Shown here: positions 48,905 to 63,812 of the stretch, piece after piece
How the letters are laid out: each line of letters opens with the position of its first letter
Position numbering within the stretch: position 1 is the stretch's first letter
NCBI GenBank assembly: GCA_051294375.1
Contig: CM119271.1
Span: 14,576,770-14,640,769 of the forward strand
DNA length: 64,000 nucleotides
DNA from: Paraspadella gotoi
Lineage: Eukaryota > Animalia > Chaetognatha
Reading direction: 5' to 3'
The notes under the pieces: generated by a model
What the model saw: only the letters and a program-made list of their open reading frames with translations
Database searches by the model: none
Told to the model about the DNA's origin: nothing
Program-made: the position numbers and the translations under genes

Positions 48905-51900
48905 TTTTATGCAATAGCGACGATCCTTATGCTTTTAAGATTTTTTTTAACTTGCATCATTTTTTCAACTTGCATAATTTTTTCAACTGCATTCCGTTCA
49001 AACTTTATATCTAGCTTCTTCACTCACTTCCTACCGGCTCACAAAATTTTCATCTCAAATCTTATCATGGTTAAATAAATAAAAGTTCAAGTAAATTGAC
49101 TCATATTTTTTTCATTTAAACTCATTTCACTGGTACGTTCCACTGAAACTTTATATCAAGCTTCGTCATACGTTTTCCTACCCACACACAAAATTTAACT
49201 CAATCTATCCATCCCAATTATGATTAATTGGAGTATTTATTGGTTAAAATAAGTAAAAGATTTTAGTAAATTCGACTTATGTTTTTCCCTTTAAACTAAT
49301 TTCACTCACACGCATTCCATCGAAATTTTATATCCAGCTTTATCACACACTTTCCTACCACACACACAAATTTAATTCCAATCCAACCAGCAATCACGAG
49401 TTATTTGGAGCTTTTTGCTAAGATGGACGGAAATGACGGATGACTTGACTAATTATTAATTATTGATTAATTTATTTACTAATTTATTAATTAAACTGAT
49501 TAATTTATTTGATTTAACTAATAACAATCTGCAGATACATTAATATAAAAGAAAAAGAAGATAATCAATTATAAAACAGGTTTTTTGTTTTTTTCCATTT
49601 AAACTCATTTCCAACTGGAAAACTATTCCATTCGAACTGATCCGTTCAATCACATCACTCTCCTATCTCCCTCTCTCTCATAATAAATCAAAAATATGTG
49701 CAGAGATCAATCAGCCATCGCACTAATGAGCAATTTGTGTTCAAATATAAAATATTTTTTGTAATTTTCATTTAAAACTCATTTCCACTCGGACGATTCC
49801 ATCGAAACTAATATCAGCTCAATCACACACTAAACCATCCACTAATCATCATATATTTAAATCCATCCATCCAATCACGATAATTGGTGGTTTTAATATG
49901 TAAGGTGGGACGGACGACGGACGGATCGTATCAGTATGATGGAACGGGGCGGAACGGACATCATTTTTTGCATTACAATTAAAATCTATTCTGACATGAT
50001 ATAAGGTGCCGACAATATTGAGGGGCGGACCACGCGACCTGAAAAAAGCTGAGTATAAAAGGAGTATTAGAGTCTCGGTGATCTGCTTGAAATATAGCAG
50101 ATATCCGACTAAAAAATACAAAGGTCAGTGAAAGATAAGAATATTATATTCGTATTGGACAGTGGACAGATATGTCGGTCAGGGCCAAAAATGAACTTAT
50201 ACTCTTCATATATCCTTCTACCGTCTATTATTTCTTTCCCTAAAGATGCCCAAGAATTTTACAAAACTCATTTTATGGCGGACAAAACGTGTGTGTGAAT
50301 GTGAATCGACAGTCCGAGGGAGAGAGAAAAAAAAGGTCTCGGAAGAAAACAAGTCTTCAAATTTTCAAAACCACCAGGTTCATTTGCCCCCCCCGTATCA
50401 ACTTTCCAAATGGTCAATAAGCAACCAAAACTGTAAACAAAAAAGATCAAAGAAAATCTACCGCCAACCGCCTTCTTTCTCTTCCTTAGATTAATTAGCG
50501 GTAATTAACTAATTAATTAATACAAACTATATAAACTAAAAAAATAATTTAAGTAATAAATTAATTAATTTGATCCGAAATGTTTGTTTTTAGGTCTTTT
50601 CGTCACCGACCACGACAATAGCAACGACGACGATGATGGCGACGACGACAATAATGCCGATAAAGATTGACTTGATTGATTAATTGATTAAATAATTAAT
50701 TTATAAATAATTTGATTGATTGAATAATTAATTAAAAAATAACTAAATAAATTGATTGATTGAATAATTAATTGATTAATTGCCCGATTAATTAATTATT
50801 TATTAATTAATTAACTGATTATTTGATTAATTAATACCTCTTGTATTTACATTTATTATAAAAATCTTAAAACCATAAGGATCGTCGCAATCGCACAAGA
50901 AAAATCTGGATTGATGACAAAAGTTCTTGATTACTTAAAAAAAATAAAATTGAGAGAAAGAAAATTAATTTATAAACAGAAAAAAAATTTATTTGCGATT
51001 GTCAATTAAAAGAAATAATAAGTACCGAGAAAATTAAAGTCACAGTTTCTGAAAAAAAAAAAACCGAAAAAGTTTTTTTTGTCATTGTCAAATAAACTGA
51101 TCAGCAGACGCAGCCCCTGAGAAAAAAAATTTGAAGAAAAGAAAATTAATTTATAAACAGAACGAAAAATTCTATTTTGCGATTGTCAATTAAAAAAAAA
51201 AATAAAGTACCGAGAAAAATTAAAGTTACAGTTTCTGAAAAAAAAAAAAAAAAAAAAAAAAAATTTTGTCATTGTCAATTGTCATTGTCAAAAAAACTGA
51301 TCAGCAGACGCAGCCCCTGCAGAAAAATTAGAAAATTAATTATAAACAGAAAGAAAAATAAATATTTGCGATGTGCAAGTTAAAAAATAATAATAAAGTA
51401 CCGAGGAAAATTAAAGTTACAGTTTTCTATTTCAATTTTTTTTTAATAAAAACGCAGAGAGAGAGAGAGAGAAAAAAAAAGAAATCAAAAGGCAGCAGCA
51501 GAAGCAGCAGGAGAAAAAAAAGAAGAGAAAAAGAATAAGCCCCTGCAGAGCCAGCTGCAGACTCGTTTTTCCCCCTATGATTATGAATCAGACGACGGGA
51601 GAAAGAGAGAGGGAGAGAGACATGTAATTAAAAGAGAGAAAGAAGAGAGAGAAAGAAATATGAAAATAAAAGAGAGAAAATTTGTTTGTTTTGATAAAAC
51701 GTAAACAAAACATTTAATAACTGTCCAGACTCAATTTTAAGCACATCGATGATGAGAAGCTGTATATAAATTTTCAGCTTCATACACCAAATCTAATCAT
51801 GAAAAAGGCAATCTATAATTTGGAACGCCAACGACGACGACGACAACGCCACTTATGTGCAAAACCACAGCAATATCGTCACATACGCAAAGCGATTGCG

Positions 51901-53343
51901 ACGATAAAAAGAAACAGGTTTTTTATTTTTTTCCATTTAAACTCATTTCCACTCAGACGATTCTATCGAAACTTGATTTCCAGCTTAATCACACTTTCCT
52001 ACCATCATACAAAATTTCTAGTTAATTGGCCTTCAAATAGTGAAATAGATTTTGGTTTTTTCCATTTAAACTCATTCCATCTACCATTCCATCAAAACTT
52101 TATATCCAACTCAATCACACACTTCCCTACCACACACCAAAATTTTATTCAATCCATCCATCACAATCACGAGTAATGGATTTCTTTACTAAGGTGGGAC
52201 GGACGGACGGACAGACAGACATTCGTTTTTTTGCATAATTTATCATAATTCGATATTCTGACAAGATATATGTGAATGCCCGACAAGATTGAGGGGGCGG
52301 ACCGACGGACCGACAAAGTGAATTATAGAGTCGGGATCTGTGCTTAAAGCAGATCCGACTAAAAATCGTCTCGACGGTGTGCTGCTCTCGTCTCCCTCTG
52401 CTCTCTCTTCTCGTCTTCTCTCCTCGTCCTCGTGTCTACCTCTCTCTCTCTCTCTCAGAATCACGTGAGCTGTCGAATAAGGAAAAGAAACAACAACAAA
52501 CGAAAAATGGAAACGGAGCGAAAAACATTGGAAAGGAAAATGATCGCGCGAAGAAACATGGACGATTCTTCCATCTCGGTACGAGGTACTCGGAATTTCG
52601 GCACAAGGAACGATGTTATTTATTTTAGTAAGTTATTAAAAACATACATATAATTTTTTATTTATTTGTTTTGTTGTTTTGTTTTGTTTTGTTAACAACC
52701 CTCCTCACCTGCAAGACTTGACCACGGATTCGCTGAATGGAAAATCGAGAAAGTCGAGGATTTTCCTCAAAATTCCTTCCATCGTCTCTACATCGCAAGA
52801 AGATGATTGGAGCGAATCCGTCGATGAAGGAAAGACGAGGCCGTTGACGATGGTCAGGCAACGCCCTCTCGCGCCGCGAGTCGGAGTTCGAGGGAGAGAC
52901 GGCGAGGAAAGACTGGACGGCTGCGTCGACGTAGGAGGCGAAGAGAGCGGCGAAGAGAGCGGCGAAGGCGACGAAGAATATAACGCGGCGGCGGCGGCGC
53001 TGAAATCCGAGGACTCTTCATACGCAACAACTGCCACGCGGCGTCGTCGAGGCGGAGTCCGAGGAGGAGACCGCGGCCTCGGCGACGTCGATTCCGAGTC
53101 TTGGATCGGCGGAGGATCCGATCGAGGGACAACTTCTCGTAAAGAATCTCTCCCGTCGCCGAAGTCTCCTTCCTCGTAAACGGCGCGGAGTCGCTCAACC
53201 AGCGCCGTCTTTCCCGATCCAGCGGCGCCGCAAATTACGAGCGGAGCGTCGGCGTCGCCGCGGACGAAGTCGTCGATGGCGGCGAGAAGGGAAGCGCGTC
53301 CGAAAAAGGGACGCGAATCCCGAGGAGGCGACGGAAATTCCAT
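32828..53343 (-). CDS. NACHT-like P-loop NTPase with C-terminal TPR-like repeats and acidic tail (NPHP3/TTC41-like), about 12 exons with TE-filled introns
   Basis: FFGRASLL..PLVICGAAGSGKTALV (Walker A, ~53.2 kb); HLLILDGIE..FSWLP (Walker B exon 46480-46617); AGNPLWL (~39.55 kb); RRAEELPHHL; TPR/kinesin-light-chain-like LYNEAMELSKLTFGKYHALTCRLYINIGILHEDNRDYRKAY. Confidence 0.8.
36989..37031 (+). ncRNA. Minimal type I hammerhead ribozyme motif (Penelope/retrozyme-like)
   Basis: GACG-CTGATGA-A-GGCTC(aaattgt)GAGCT-GAAA-CATG-TT-CGTC. Stem I is GACG/CGTC, stem II has 5 bp, stem III is the palindrome ACATGT, and AATAAA follows. Confidence 0.7.
37510..37699. repeat. Long inverted repeat (59-bp arms, 1 mismatch, 72-bp spacer)
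   Basis: 37510-37568 is the reverse complement of 37641-37699. Confidence 0.92.
39948..45320 (-). mobile_element. Full-length DIRS1-like tyrosine recombinase retrotransposon (many frameshifts)
   Basis: ITRs at about 39948-40154 and 45148-45320, ICR at 44329-44415. Minus-strand remnants: gag (WRRSFL..PPFCGFLF, ~44.1-43.2 kb), RT start (GGRLQHF..; DWASSIDL), MTase-like IDLF..RYSSW (~41.5 kb), and recombinase (LSYSTVN..VDGSPVG; QRPSEL; STRA..AFAKGVDLET, 41.0-40.2 kb). Confidence 0.9.
45329..45530 (+). mobile_element. tRNA-derived SINE-like element (degenerate tRNA-Gly-like head)
   Basis: A-box TGGCGCGGAGGTAG, anticodon-loop-like CTCCCAA and B-box GGGTTCGCGCT with tRNA spacing. The stems do not pair as in a functional tRNA, and a GC-rich body follows. 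Confidence 0.55.
47042..47078. repeat. (GGTCACGGCCAC)x3 tandem repeat
   Basis: Directly visible. Confidence 0.85.
49080..50118 (+). mobile_element. Helentron/DINE-1-like non-autonomous repeat with internal tandem units
   Basis: Tandem catttaaactcatttc(c)act units, a ggacg microsatellite, and a subterminal AGTC..GACTAAAAA hairpin. Confidence 0.55.
50960..51430. repeat. ~180-bp A-rich tandem repeat (2-3 copies)
   Basis: aaattaatttataaacaga..tttgcgattgtcaattaaaa..agtaccgagaaaattaaagt recurs. Confidence 0.8.
51915..52365 (+). mobile_element. Second Helentron/DINE-1-like copy
   Basis: ggacggacggacggacagacagac, then tatagAGTCGGGATCTGtgcttaaagCAGATCCGACTaaaaa terminal hairpin. Confidence 0.6.
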
Positions 53344-53701
53344 CGCGGGCGAACCAGTTGTCGTTATTGGTGGGCGTGGCAAGATTCTTTGGTTTCACTT
53401 CAACCGAAAAGGCATGATATCGTCTATAAACTACCCATGACTATACTTGATTGATTGGTTAGATAACTATCGTTGAATCCTATAAAATATATGGAACGAA
53501 ATAAATGAATTCGAAGCGAAAGAAAAAAATATTTTTGAAATGACATCAAAAATTTGTGAATGATCAAAATTTATTTCCTCGAGTCGCGGAAACGAAAAAG
53601 AATTTCGGGAGAAAAAAAAAAAAACTAAGTTTTTTGGACGAAAAAGTAAAGTTTTTTTTGATCACGTGACGACAAGGCCACGCCAACTCCCCGGATGGAA
53701 T

Positions 53702-54092
<391 letters not shown>

Positions 54093-54213
54093 TTAATACA
54101 AAAGTTTAACAACAAAACTGCAATAAACAGAACGGCAAATAAAATAATTGTAACAAAAATTTCTTAGAAAAGTTGAGTCTTTTCTGAGAAATTAACCGAG
54201 TTCGTTTTGAATT

Positions 54214-54678
54214 CTATTGTTTTGCTGGAGGAGCAACGCTTCCCCTCTTCGCCTCCTCCGCTTCTATCGCGTTCAACGCTTGACGGTTTTTGTACGTGTT
54301 GTAAAAATTCACTTCGCCCACCTGAGGAAATGTGGAAAATCTGGAGTCTGGACTTCGTATTCTCGTTAAATCAAACAAAAGAACAATTTAGGGTTTTTGT
54401 CGTTTCCATCAACCCGTCACGCGAGTGAGAAAGAGATGAGCAGATTTAAATCCTAATCAATTACCCTTTCACATTCCGATGAAACCAATCCTCTCTCAAA
54501 CTACTAAATTCCAACTTGTCCCTTTCCTCGAACCGACCTTCAACTTGATCATAACGAACTCCATTCCGGCGCCGAGAAGGAAAAAGAAAGGCATGAAACT
54601 GTACATGCCGAATCGTTGTCGGCCGGGCCAGCGCCGGAGAATCCTGGCCAGAGTCGGTGAGTACATCCGGGACTTCAT
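54214..54678 (-). CDS. SMIM4: Small integral membrane protein 4 / UQCC5-like (2 exons)
   Basis: RILRRWPGRQRFGMYSFMPFFFLLGAGMEFVMIKLK / VGEVNFYNTYKNRQA. Confidence 0.88.
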
Positions 54679-55073
54679 CCTCGGCGACGAAACAAGAATC
54701 TGAAGAGATCTTTTTTTTGGTCGAGCGGGCGACGCCACCGAGGGCGCCTTAAACGAAGGCGAGACGTCGCGTTACGTTAGCTCGTTTCGATATCGTTTTC
54801 GCGACGCCCTGGACATCTCAGCTCGAGGGGGCTAGATCGTCATAGTGACCGTCATCCTTTTTTAAAAATCGTTTTGCTCCAAGCTGTCAAGTACAACAAG
54901 AAAAACAATTTGCGTATAAATAAAAATAACATTGGATCTATGAGGCTGAAAAGGTCATATTGTATCACCATAACAACGGGACGCATCGACTGGGTAAAAA
55001 AAAAAGTACTTCTGGTCGGTATGAGATTTATTTATTTTATAATCGTTTTGGCGGAAATCTTCTTCAATCTTTG

Positions 55074-56635
55074 TCACTTTTTCTTGATGGCATGAAGGGC
55101 GTAATGGACGACGGTGCTGTCTTGCCAATCCCACTGATCCAGAAGAGGCGAGTAAAACATTCCGTGAATCTTATTCACGCGACACCCACACTAAAAATAC
55201 GGATTAAAGATTATTCAATATTCATAGCCCCACTTTTGTGTCCCATCTTATTATCCACTCACCTTCTCCGCCATAAAGGTAAGGTCTTCTGGCGGAACGA
55301 ACTTTTCCCAGTCGTGAGTCCCTCGCGGAACAAGACCCAGGATATTCTCGGCGGCGATGATGGCCGTGGCCCAGGCCAGGCGCGTCTTGTTCATCGTCGT
55401 AAGAAAAAGAGAACCTCCTGATGAGCAGTCGTTGATTGAGGTTAGTTTCTTTGTATTATTGTATTATATACTATTATACATTCCTGACGAAACGAACCTG
55501 GTTTAATAAGTTTGACGGAGGCCTTGACAAAGTCGAAGGGATCGACCACGTGTTCGATGACTTCGGAGGCGATGACTCCGTCGAAGGACGACTCGTACTT
55601 CGGGAAGAGAGACTCCACCGTCGAGCAGCTGTAGGTCAGGTTCTCCCCAAAGTCGGGGTCCTGAGAGAAGTTGACAAAGCCGAGGCGAGGATTTTATTCT
55701 TTCGTCTTTCTTTTCTTTGATTATTTCCCCAAACCTGCATGGCGTGAGTGAGCGCGACCTGGATGGCTTCGGGCACCGGGTCGATCCCCGTCACGTTCGC
55801 CCCCAATCGGGCGAGGGGTTCGCACAAGATGCCGCCGCCGCAGCCAACGTCGAGGACCTGAAAAATATAAAGCCTGTCCAAAGTCAGGGGCAAGATAGCT
55901 TATTTATTAAATGAATGGATAATTTTTATATTGGTTGTACCAATTTCATATAATATAAAAATATATATTTAAAATGGTTTATTTTTTAATGATAAACGAT
56001 AAGAATTGAAGTTGAAAAGGGGAACCGATGAGCGGGGTGAAAAAATAACAAACTGTATTGTTTGTAAACAAATATCGATTGTTTATATTTTTAAACACCT
56101 TTACAAAAGGTAAATAAGATCGACGGATTACGCCGAGAGTTGATGTCCAACAGAACTTCCGTGGGGCTCCAGTAAATCGAAAATGATAAAATTCCCAATA
56201 CAATGTTAAAAAGATATTGTCCCACTGACTTATAAGTCGCTCACCCGTATCGCACTTTTGTCTACCTTGAATCCTTTCAACGCTTGCCCGCTGACGCTCT
56301 TGTCCGCCTTCCCGCTGCCTTGCAGTAGCCCGTCGCGGACGAAGGGAACTCGCAGGCGATTCATCAACATAAGGAGACGGAGTTCTCCGTCTGGTTTCCA
56401 CCATTCGTTGGCAAGACGTTGGAAGTTTCGGATTTCCCTAAAGGGTCGAAGGATTTTGTAATGCGCGACAAAAATAACAAAAGCGAAAAGCGCGCAAACA
56501 ATTCTCGCCTTCTCACCTGTCATCCACGTTGGCAGAGATCGATCGGCAAATCATGGAGGCCGTCATCGGCCAAATCGACGATAAAACGCGCGCACATCGC
56601 CGCGGCGCCGCTCCGCCGACGAGACGGAGCGACAT
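55074..56635 (-). CDS. COQ3: Ubiquinone biosynthesis O-methyltransferase (UbiG family)
   Basis: [97 protein letters not shown]. Confidence 0.95.
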
Positions 56636-57058
56636 GGTCGGTTTCGCAGCGCCGTAAAAGTTCGATCACATTTTTCTTTCACTCACAGATAAAAGTTGAC
56701 CGCGAGGCTTCTTACTATGAAAATATTATTCCGACGTAAATTTCTAAAACTGTTTTCAAAGATTATATTTCGTTCCATTCAGTCCGTCGTCTCTACGTAA
56801 CCTTCTGGGACACTAAAAGAGGAAAGAGGCCCAAAGGGCTACAAAATTCATACCGAACCATGGATAGTGAGTAAATGACCTTTTGGCCTTTGAATCTATA
56901 AATTCGGCGCATCACAGAAAAAGCAGACTTTAAAAAAAAGCAATTAAGCAATCCTTTTCCGAATCTCTTTTAACAAAAAAAAATTAAAAATCCATTATCA
57001 CGAAAAATTAACAGTAGATCAGTCATTCCCAAAAGCACGATACACTCAATAAGTCGAA

Positions 57059-58615
<1,557 letters not shown>

Positions 58616-59026
58616 TCAAAAAATGATAAGATCATTTGTAAAATTATTCAAAGTCAATGAGTAAGAGACGGGAAAACTCGATTCTGCACTGAATACTGAA
58701 GAGCACGTAGAAATCCAACTCCTTAATCATTAGCCTTGGTCGCCGCAGAGGAAGGTCTCCATGATTCTATTAACTTCACCGAAGGAATCGACGGAAAAAG
58801 TTCGCTCGATGCCATTTAAAGTTTCACGCCAATAAATTCGAAAGAAAAAAAATAATTACGAATAAAAAATACCAAAGCAAAAAATAAGATATCACAAACT
58901 CAGACTATGGCCCTTTCTTCAAGTGAAAAAGCAAATACGAGTCAATCTTGAATTTAACAAGTTTCTAACAAACTAATATTGTATATATATGGTATAAATC
59001 GTTCTAAAGGCGGAAACAGGGGGGCC

Positions 59027-61402
59027 TCAATAACCGCCCCGCCCTCTACCTCGTCCCCGGCCTCGACCCCTTCCTCCTCCTCCGCCGCCGCCTCCGCCGT
59101 AACCGCCTTGCCCTCTGTTCGGATCATAACCGCCGCCACCGCCAGCGTAAGCGCCGTATTGTTGAAAATCTCCGCCTCCCTGCTGTTGCTGCTGAAAGGG
59201 AAGTTGCTGGAGTAGATATCCCGCGTCTGGGCCTTGCTGATACTGAACGGGCATAGCGGCGCCTTGGTTCCACCCGCCTCGTCCTCCACCTCCGCCGCCT
59301 CTTCCGCCTCCAGGAGCTTGGTAGTTATTTTGACCGCCACCACCTCGTCCACCTCCGCCGCCACGCCCGCCGCCACCGCCGCGTCCTCCACCTCCTCTAC
59401 CACCTCTGCCCCCACCCCTTCCGCCTCTGTCCCCACCGCCCTGCGCCCGATTCTTCTGCCAGCTCGGCATCTCGGGCGGAGGCGGGTCGAGCTCCCAAGC
59501 CCGTCCGCCGCGGTCGGGCATGGCTCCGATGAGCAGCTTGTTGAGGGCGGTCCGCGTGTGCTCTCGCACGGCCGAACTGCTCGTCTTCTCTTGGACGGCG
59601 AGATCGCGGCGGGAGGAAAGGAGATCAGCGACGCCGACTTGCGGAGCCGAGTAGAGAGCGTGTCTGGGGATTAAAAAAAAAACAAAAAAATGAAAAACAA
59701 ACAAACAAACAAAGACAAAAAAAGGTCGAGTCCCACTCAATCACCTTTTAGGACCAAAAACGGTGGCGATTTTCTCGGCGTTTTTCTTGGCGCGATCCGA
59801 CCAACGAAACGAATCGATAGTCACGTCCAGTCGCTAAAAGTAGAAAAAATTTAAAAGATCGAAAGGGAAATGGATCGAAGGAATTACTTTGATCAACGTC
59901 TCCCGTCGGATCTTGTAATCGTCAGTCAATAAATCGTTGATGGCGCCGAGAGTCTTCCATTGTGTGGGAGTCAATTGACCTGGAGGGAAAATGGGCTTTT
60001 TTTGAATTTGGATACAAAAAGAGAATGGAATTGGTCATCACAAACACACGGATAATAAATTAGTATTTTTAAGTTTGAAATTTATTTTTATAATGAGATA
60101 TACGTACCGTGTATTTTTTTCTATCTATTTCATCGATGAATGAAATTGATTTGCGCCTTCCCGTTTTCAACAAATAAAATGAGATCCCGCGTCTATAAAT
60201 TTTATTCTCTTTGGTGTAATTACTCAAATACAATAACGTCTATAATACACGTTTCGCAAATGCTGAATGAAGTTGCGATCCTCCACAGAGACCAACGATC
60301 CTTTCTCACCCTTGAGCAGCGTTTCGCNNNNNNNNNNATGAAGTTGCGATCCTCCCCAGAGACCAACGATCCTTGGCGTCGATCTTCTGGAAGAGTTGGT
60401 GGGCGGTGATGTTGGGCGGAGGCTTCGGGAAGTTGAGCGCCACCACGAGGTTCTTTAACTGCTGGGCCATCTCCGACTCTTTCGTCGCTGAGATGGAAAA
60501 ATAGGAATTTCAAATGGCATATTGACAATAATAGATGAGCAAATAATATTTACCTTTGACGGTGACGCCAATGGGCGCGGGCGTCAGAGCAGAGGGTTTG
60601 GTGACCGCCAACATTCGAGCCGCCTGAACATCCCAGATTTATTGTTTTAGTTTTGCTTTTTCATAGGACTAACTAGGTATACATACGATTATTTATTAGC
60701 CATTAGCTATGGTTTNNNNNNNNNNNNNNNNNNNNNNNNNNNNNNNNNNNNNNNNNNNNNNNNNNNNNNNNNNNNNNNNNNNNNNNNNNNNNNNNNNNNN
60801 NNNNNNNNNNNNNNNNNNNNNNNNNNNNNNNNNNNNNNNNNNNNNNNNNNNNNNNNNNNNNNNNNNNNNNNNNNNNNNNNNNNNNNNNNNNNNNNNNNNN
60901 NNNNNNNNNNNNNNNNNNNNNNNNNNNNNNNNNNNNNNNNNNNNNNNNNNGAAATGAGGTAAAAGTAAAGAAACAACAATTTTAATGTGCTTGGCTCAAG
61001 GTAATCATTCAAAAAATACTTTTTTTTTTTGAGAAGTAATACTAAAAATGTAAGTAAAAAAAATGGAGAGAGAAAAGAGAGCCCAAACCTGCACTCTCTC
61101 AAAAAGCTCCCGACTTCGAGTAGGAAGACGTCGATGTCGATGCCTTCGTCGGCGAGGTGATGCACCTTCTCTTCGAAGGAGCAAAACTCGCGCAACTGAG
61201 TCGAGAGCCTGACGGGATGTGGAAGGGTTCAATTTAACGTAATGTAATGTTCAAAAAGGGGTGGGGAAGAGACGGACCAGGAGACCAGTTTGGTGAAGGC
61301 GAGGTTGGGAGCCTCATCATTCAGCATCGCCCCTAAGGAGTCTTCGTTGAGGTCTTCCTCGTAGCTCAAGTCCTCCAGCGAATCCAAAATATCGCTCTCC
61401 AT
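59027..61402 (-). CDS. FAM98: FAM98 family protein with RGG tail (spans two assembly gaps)
   Basis: MESDILDSLEDLSY, FLLEV, LNFPKPPPNIT, DYKIRRETLIK/RLDVTIDSFRWSDRAK, EKTSSSAVR, MPDRGGRAWELDPPPPEMPSWQK, then RGG repeats. Confidence 0.92.
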
Positions 61403-61857
61403 TTTTTATGAATAGAGTCGCTTTTTTTTCAGACCTACTACATAAGTAAATATTAATTTATAGAAAATATTGATCCTGTAAGGCAATTTTGAAAAAAAAA
61501 ACAATCGGGATTCGATGAGGAAAAAATTCGCAACGTTTTCCCAGAAATTCCATTCAGTCGAGAAGTTTTGTTTTCAGTTTGAATTTTTGGAAATAATTTG
61601 TAAACATGACCAAAGAAAATTAATTGATCAAAAATAACAAATATAGACAAAAAAAAAATACAAATGGGAAAAGATTAAAGAGAAATTCTCGCAAGGCGCC
61701 AATTTAGCCGGCTAATTTGGTGCTGGAAAATTAACATTAATGATTAAGTAAATGAATATGAACCAACTCTAAAAAATTAATAAACTATGATTATCCGATC
61801 AAAACAATCGAATTTCGTGTCCAAAGATAAATGATTGAGCAGTCAAGGAATCGTGAT

Positions 61858-62805
61858 CTATTTCGTATTCTCGTCACCGTCCCGAGACGGACTCTTCCTG
61901 AAAACGAGGACTTTGTTGTTCGCGGGCATGTCGAAGACTCGCTCCAGCGAAAGCCCGTTGGAGGAGGCGAGAACTTTCAAATCGGCCACGTCGCGAACGC
62001 CCCACGAAGGGTCTTGGGCGCGGAGAGACCGGTCGAATCGAACATTGGATTCCGGCTGAAGAACTCCGTCAAACGCATAGGGACCGTAAGTGATTAAAAA
62101 GCCGTTTGGTCGCAACACTTGGCCCGCGCCGGCGAAAAGGCCCTAATAAGTTTTTCAAATTAACGGGAGGTGAGGGGAGCGGAGTGAAAAACAGTTTTTT
62201 CAATTATTTTTAATTTAATCTTAAATTAATTCAATATTTTTAAATTCAATTCTTTTCGCCGTCTGAACTCACCACGCAGACGTTCCAAGGGCTGATGTGG
62301 ACGAGATTGGTGCAGAGGACGACGTCGAAAGACTCTCGCTCCAACCCGCCGTCGACGATGAAGGATCGAGAGGCGTCGAGTCGCTTCGGCGTCGCGACGT
62401 TGGAAAGAGAGAAAGCGGTCGAGTAGCGAGAGATGGAGTCGACGAGGTGAGGAGAGAACTCTGTCGGTTGCCAAGTTGAAGATGGAAATTGCTGGGGGGG
62501 GATGTATGGATGATTGCAATGACGATGGCTTATCTTACGCAAATTTTCCAAGCAACGTCCCCCGCCTTTCACTTTTGTCTCACCTTGGCGAACCAGGCGA
62601 CATGTTGGCCAGTACCAGAGGCCACTTCCAAGGCGCGGCCAGAAAATTCCGGGGTCAATACACTTTGTAAAACCTGATTGAGACATAAAATTTAAACCGA
62701 GTTCGTTTAAATATCTAAATTAATTCCAAAAAGGCATAAAACCTCGAAGATGGGCTGTTTATTTCTTTCCGCCGCGGGGTAAGATTCTAATTTAGACTCG
62801 TCCAT
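61858..62805 (-). CDS. METTL26: Methyltransferase-like 26 (DUF938 family)
   Basis: PAAERNKQPI, ALEVASGTGQHV, WQPTE, NLVHISPW, LITYGPYAFDG..PESNVRFDRSLRAQDPSWGVRD, DMPANNK. Confidence 0.93.
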
Positions 62806-63202
62806 CTTTCTTCGTTTCGAAAATCCTCAACAATAGAAATACATTTCATTCCATGTTTCCCATCGGAAACATTTCTGCGAATTTGTTTCGGTCACTAATT
62901 CCCGAATTTTCTGAAAATGTGTTGTATTTAAAACACTAACAGTTAACATTTAACAACGGACAAAACGAACTAGAGCAATTGGCGCTAAAACGCGCGAAAA
63001 GGGGGAGAATCGATGAAAAACAAAAAAAGGTCGAGGTATCGAAGCTGAGAAATTTGAGGCGAGTGGACGATCAGATTGAGAAAGGAATGAAAAAAGCAAA
63101 AATGAGGAAAAAAAAATAAATACAATTAAACATAATAAGAAGAGTCGAAGTTGTTGTCTTCTTAATGGAACGAAATGAGATGTCAAACATTGTCAAAAGG
63201 GG

Positions 63203-63812
63203 TCAGTGCCAGCAGACCGTGTGGAGGATCTGCCGATTGTTCTTGGCCTCAATTCGCGTGAGTACGTCGGCGATGTCGTTGTCCAGGTCGTCGGCCTCCG
63301 TCAAGGCCTGGACGATGTCGCAGATAATGAAGGCGCCGAGAGTGGCTTCTTCGTGGTTATCCTGGGGGAAAGAGATCGATGCCACTTGCCACTATATGAC
63401 CAGCTGGCAATCTGTTTTACCTGGATGTCGATGTTAATGACGTGGACGAGCTGCTCCACTTCCGAAGGTCGAGTCTCCAGAGATTCGATACACTGATCGA
63501 AGACTCTCTCTTCCGCCGTGAAGATTAGATCGAACATCTCGCCAGAGTTTTGAAATCTGAGAAAGAAAAAGAAATAATAACAAACATATTATATATTATA
63601 TGCAATATAATTTACGAGTCTTAAAAAAGTTTCTAATCCATCCAAAGCATTGATTTAACCTCTCAGGACGTGGCTTGATCCGCCGATTGCGATCCAACAT
63701 GTGGAGGATGCCGTTTTGAGTGTAAAGAGTTTTGTCCTTTTTCACTAGATCCTGATACATTTCGTGGTAGGTGGTGTTAAAGTCATAAATGTTGGGTTTG
63801 TCCGGAGCCGAA
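63203..63812 (-). CDS. SSU72: RNA polymerase II CTD phosphatase SSU72, 3' exons (5' end off the right edge)
   Basis: APDKPNIYDFNTTYHEMYQDLVKKDKTLYTQNGILHMLDRNRRIKPRPER / FQN..EERVFDQ / DNHEEATLGAF..LHTVCWH*. Confidence 0.96.

Larger units (their letters stand above)
47505..51775. repeat. Diverged long-range inverted repeat pair inside NACHT gene intron 1, with CT/AG microsatellites
   Basis: 47505-47610 is inverted versus 51670-51775, 48905-48948 versus 50860-50900, and ctgcagggctg at ~48157 versus cagcccctgcag at ~51312. Confidence 0.7.

Noticed and set aside
49100-49800. Regularly recurring catttaaactcatttc motif (CRISPR-like)
   Set aside because: Eukaryotic intron, the intervening sequences are homologous to each other, and there are no cas genes. 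It is a TE internal tandem repeat.
60266-60372. Direct repeat atgaagttgcgatcctcc..agagaccaacgatcc on both sides of an N gap in FAM98
   Set aside because: It flanks a scaffold gap and is most likely an unmerged contig overlap.
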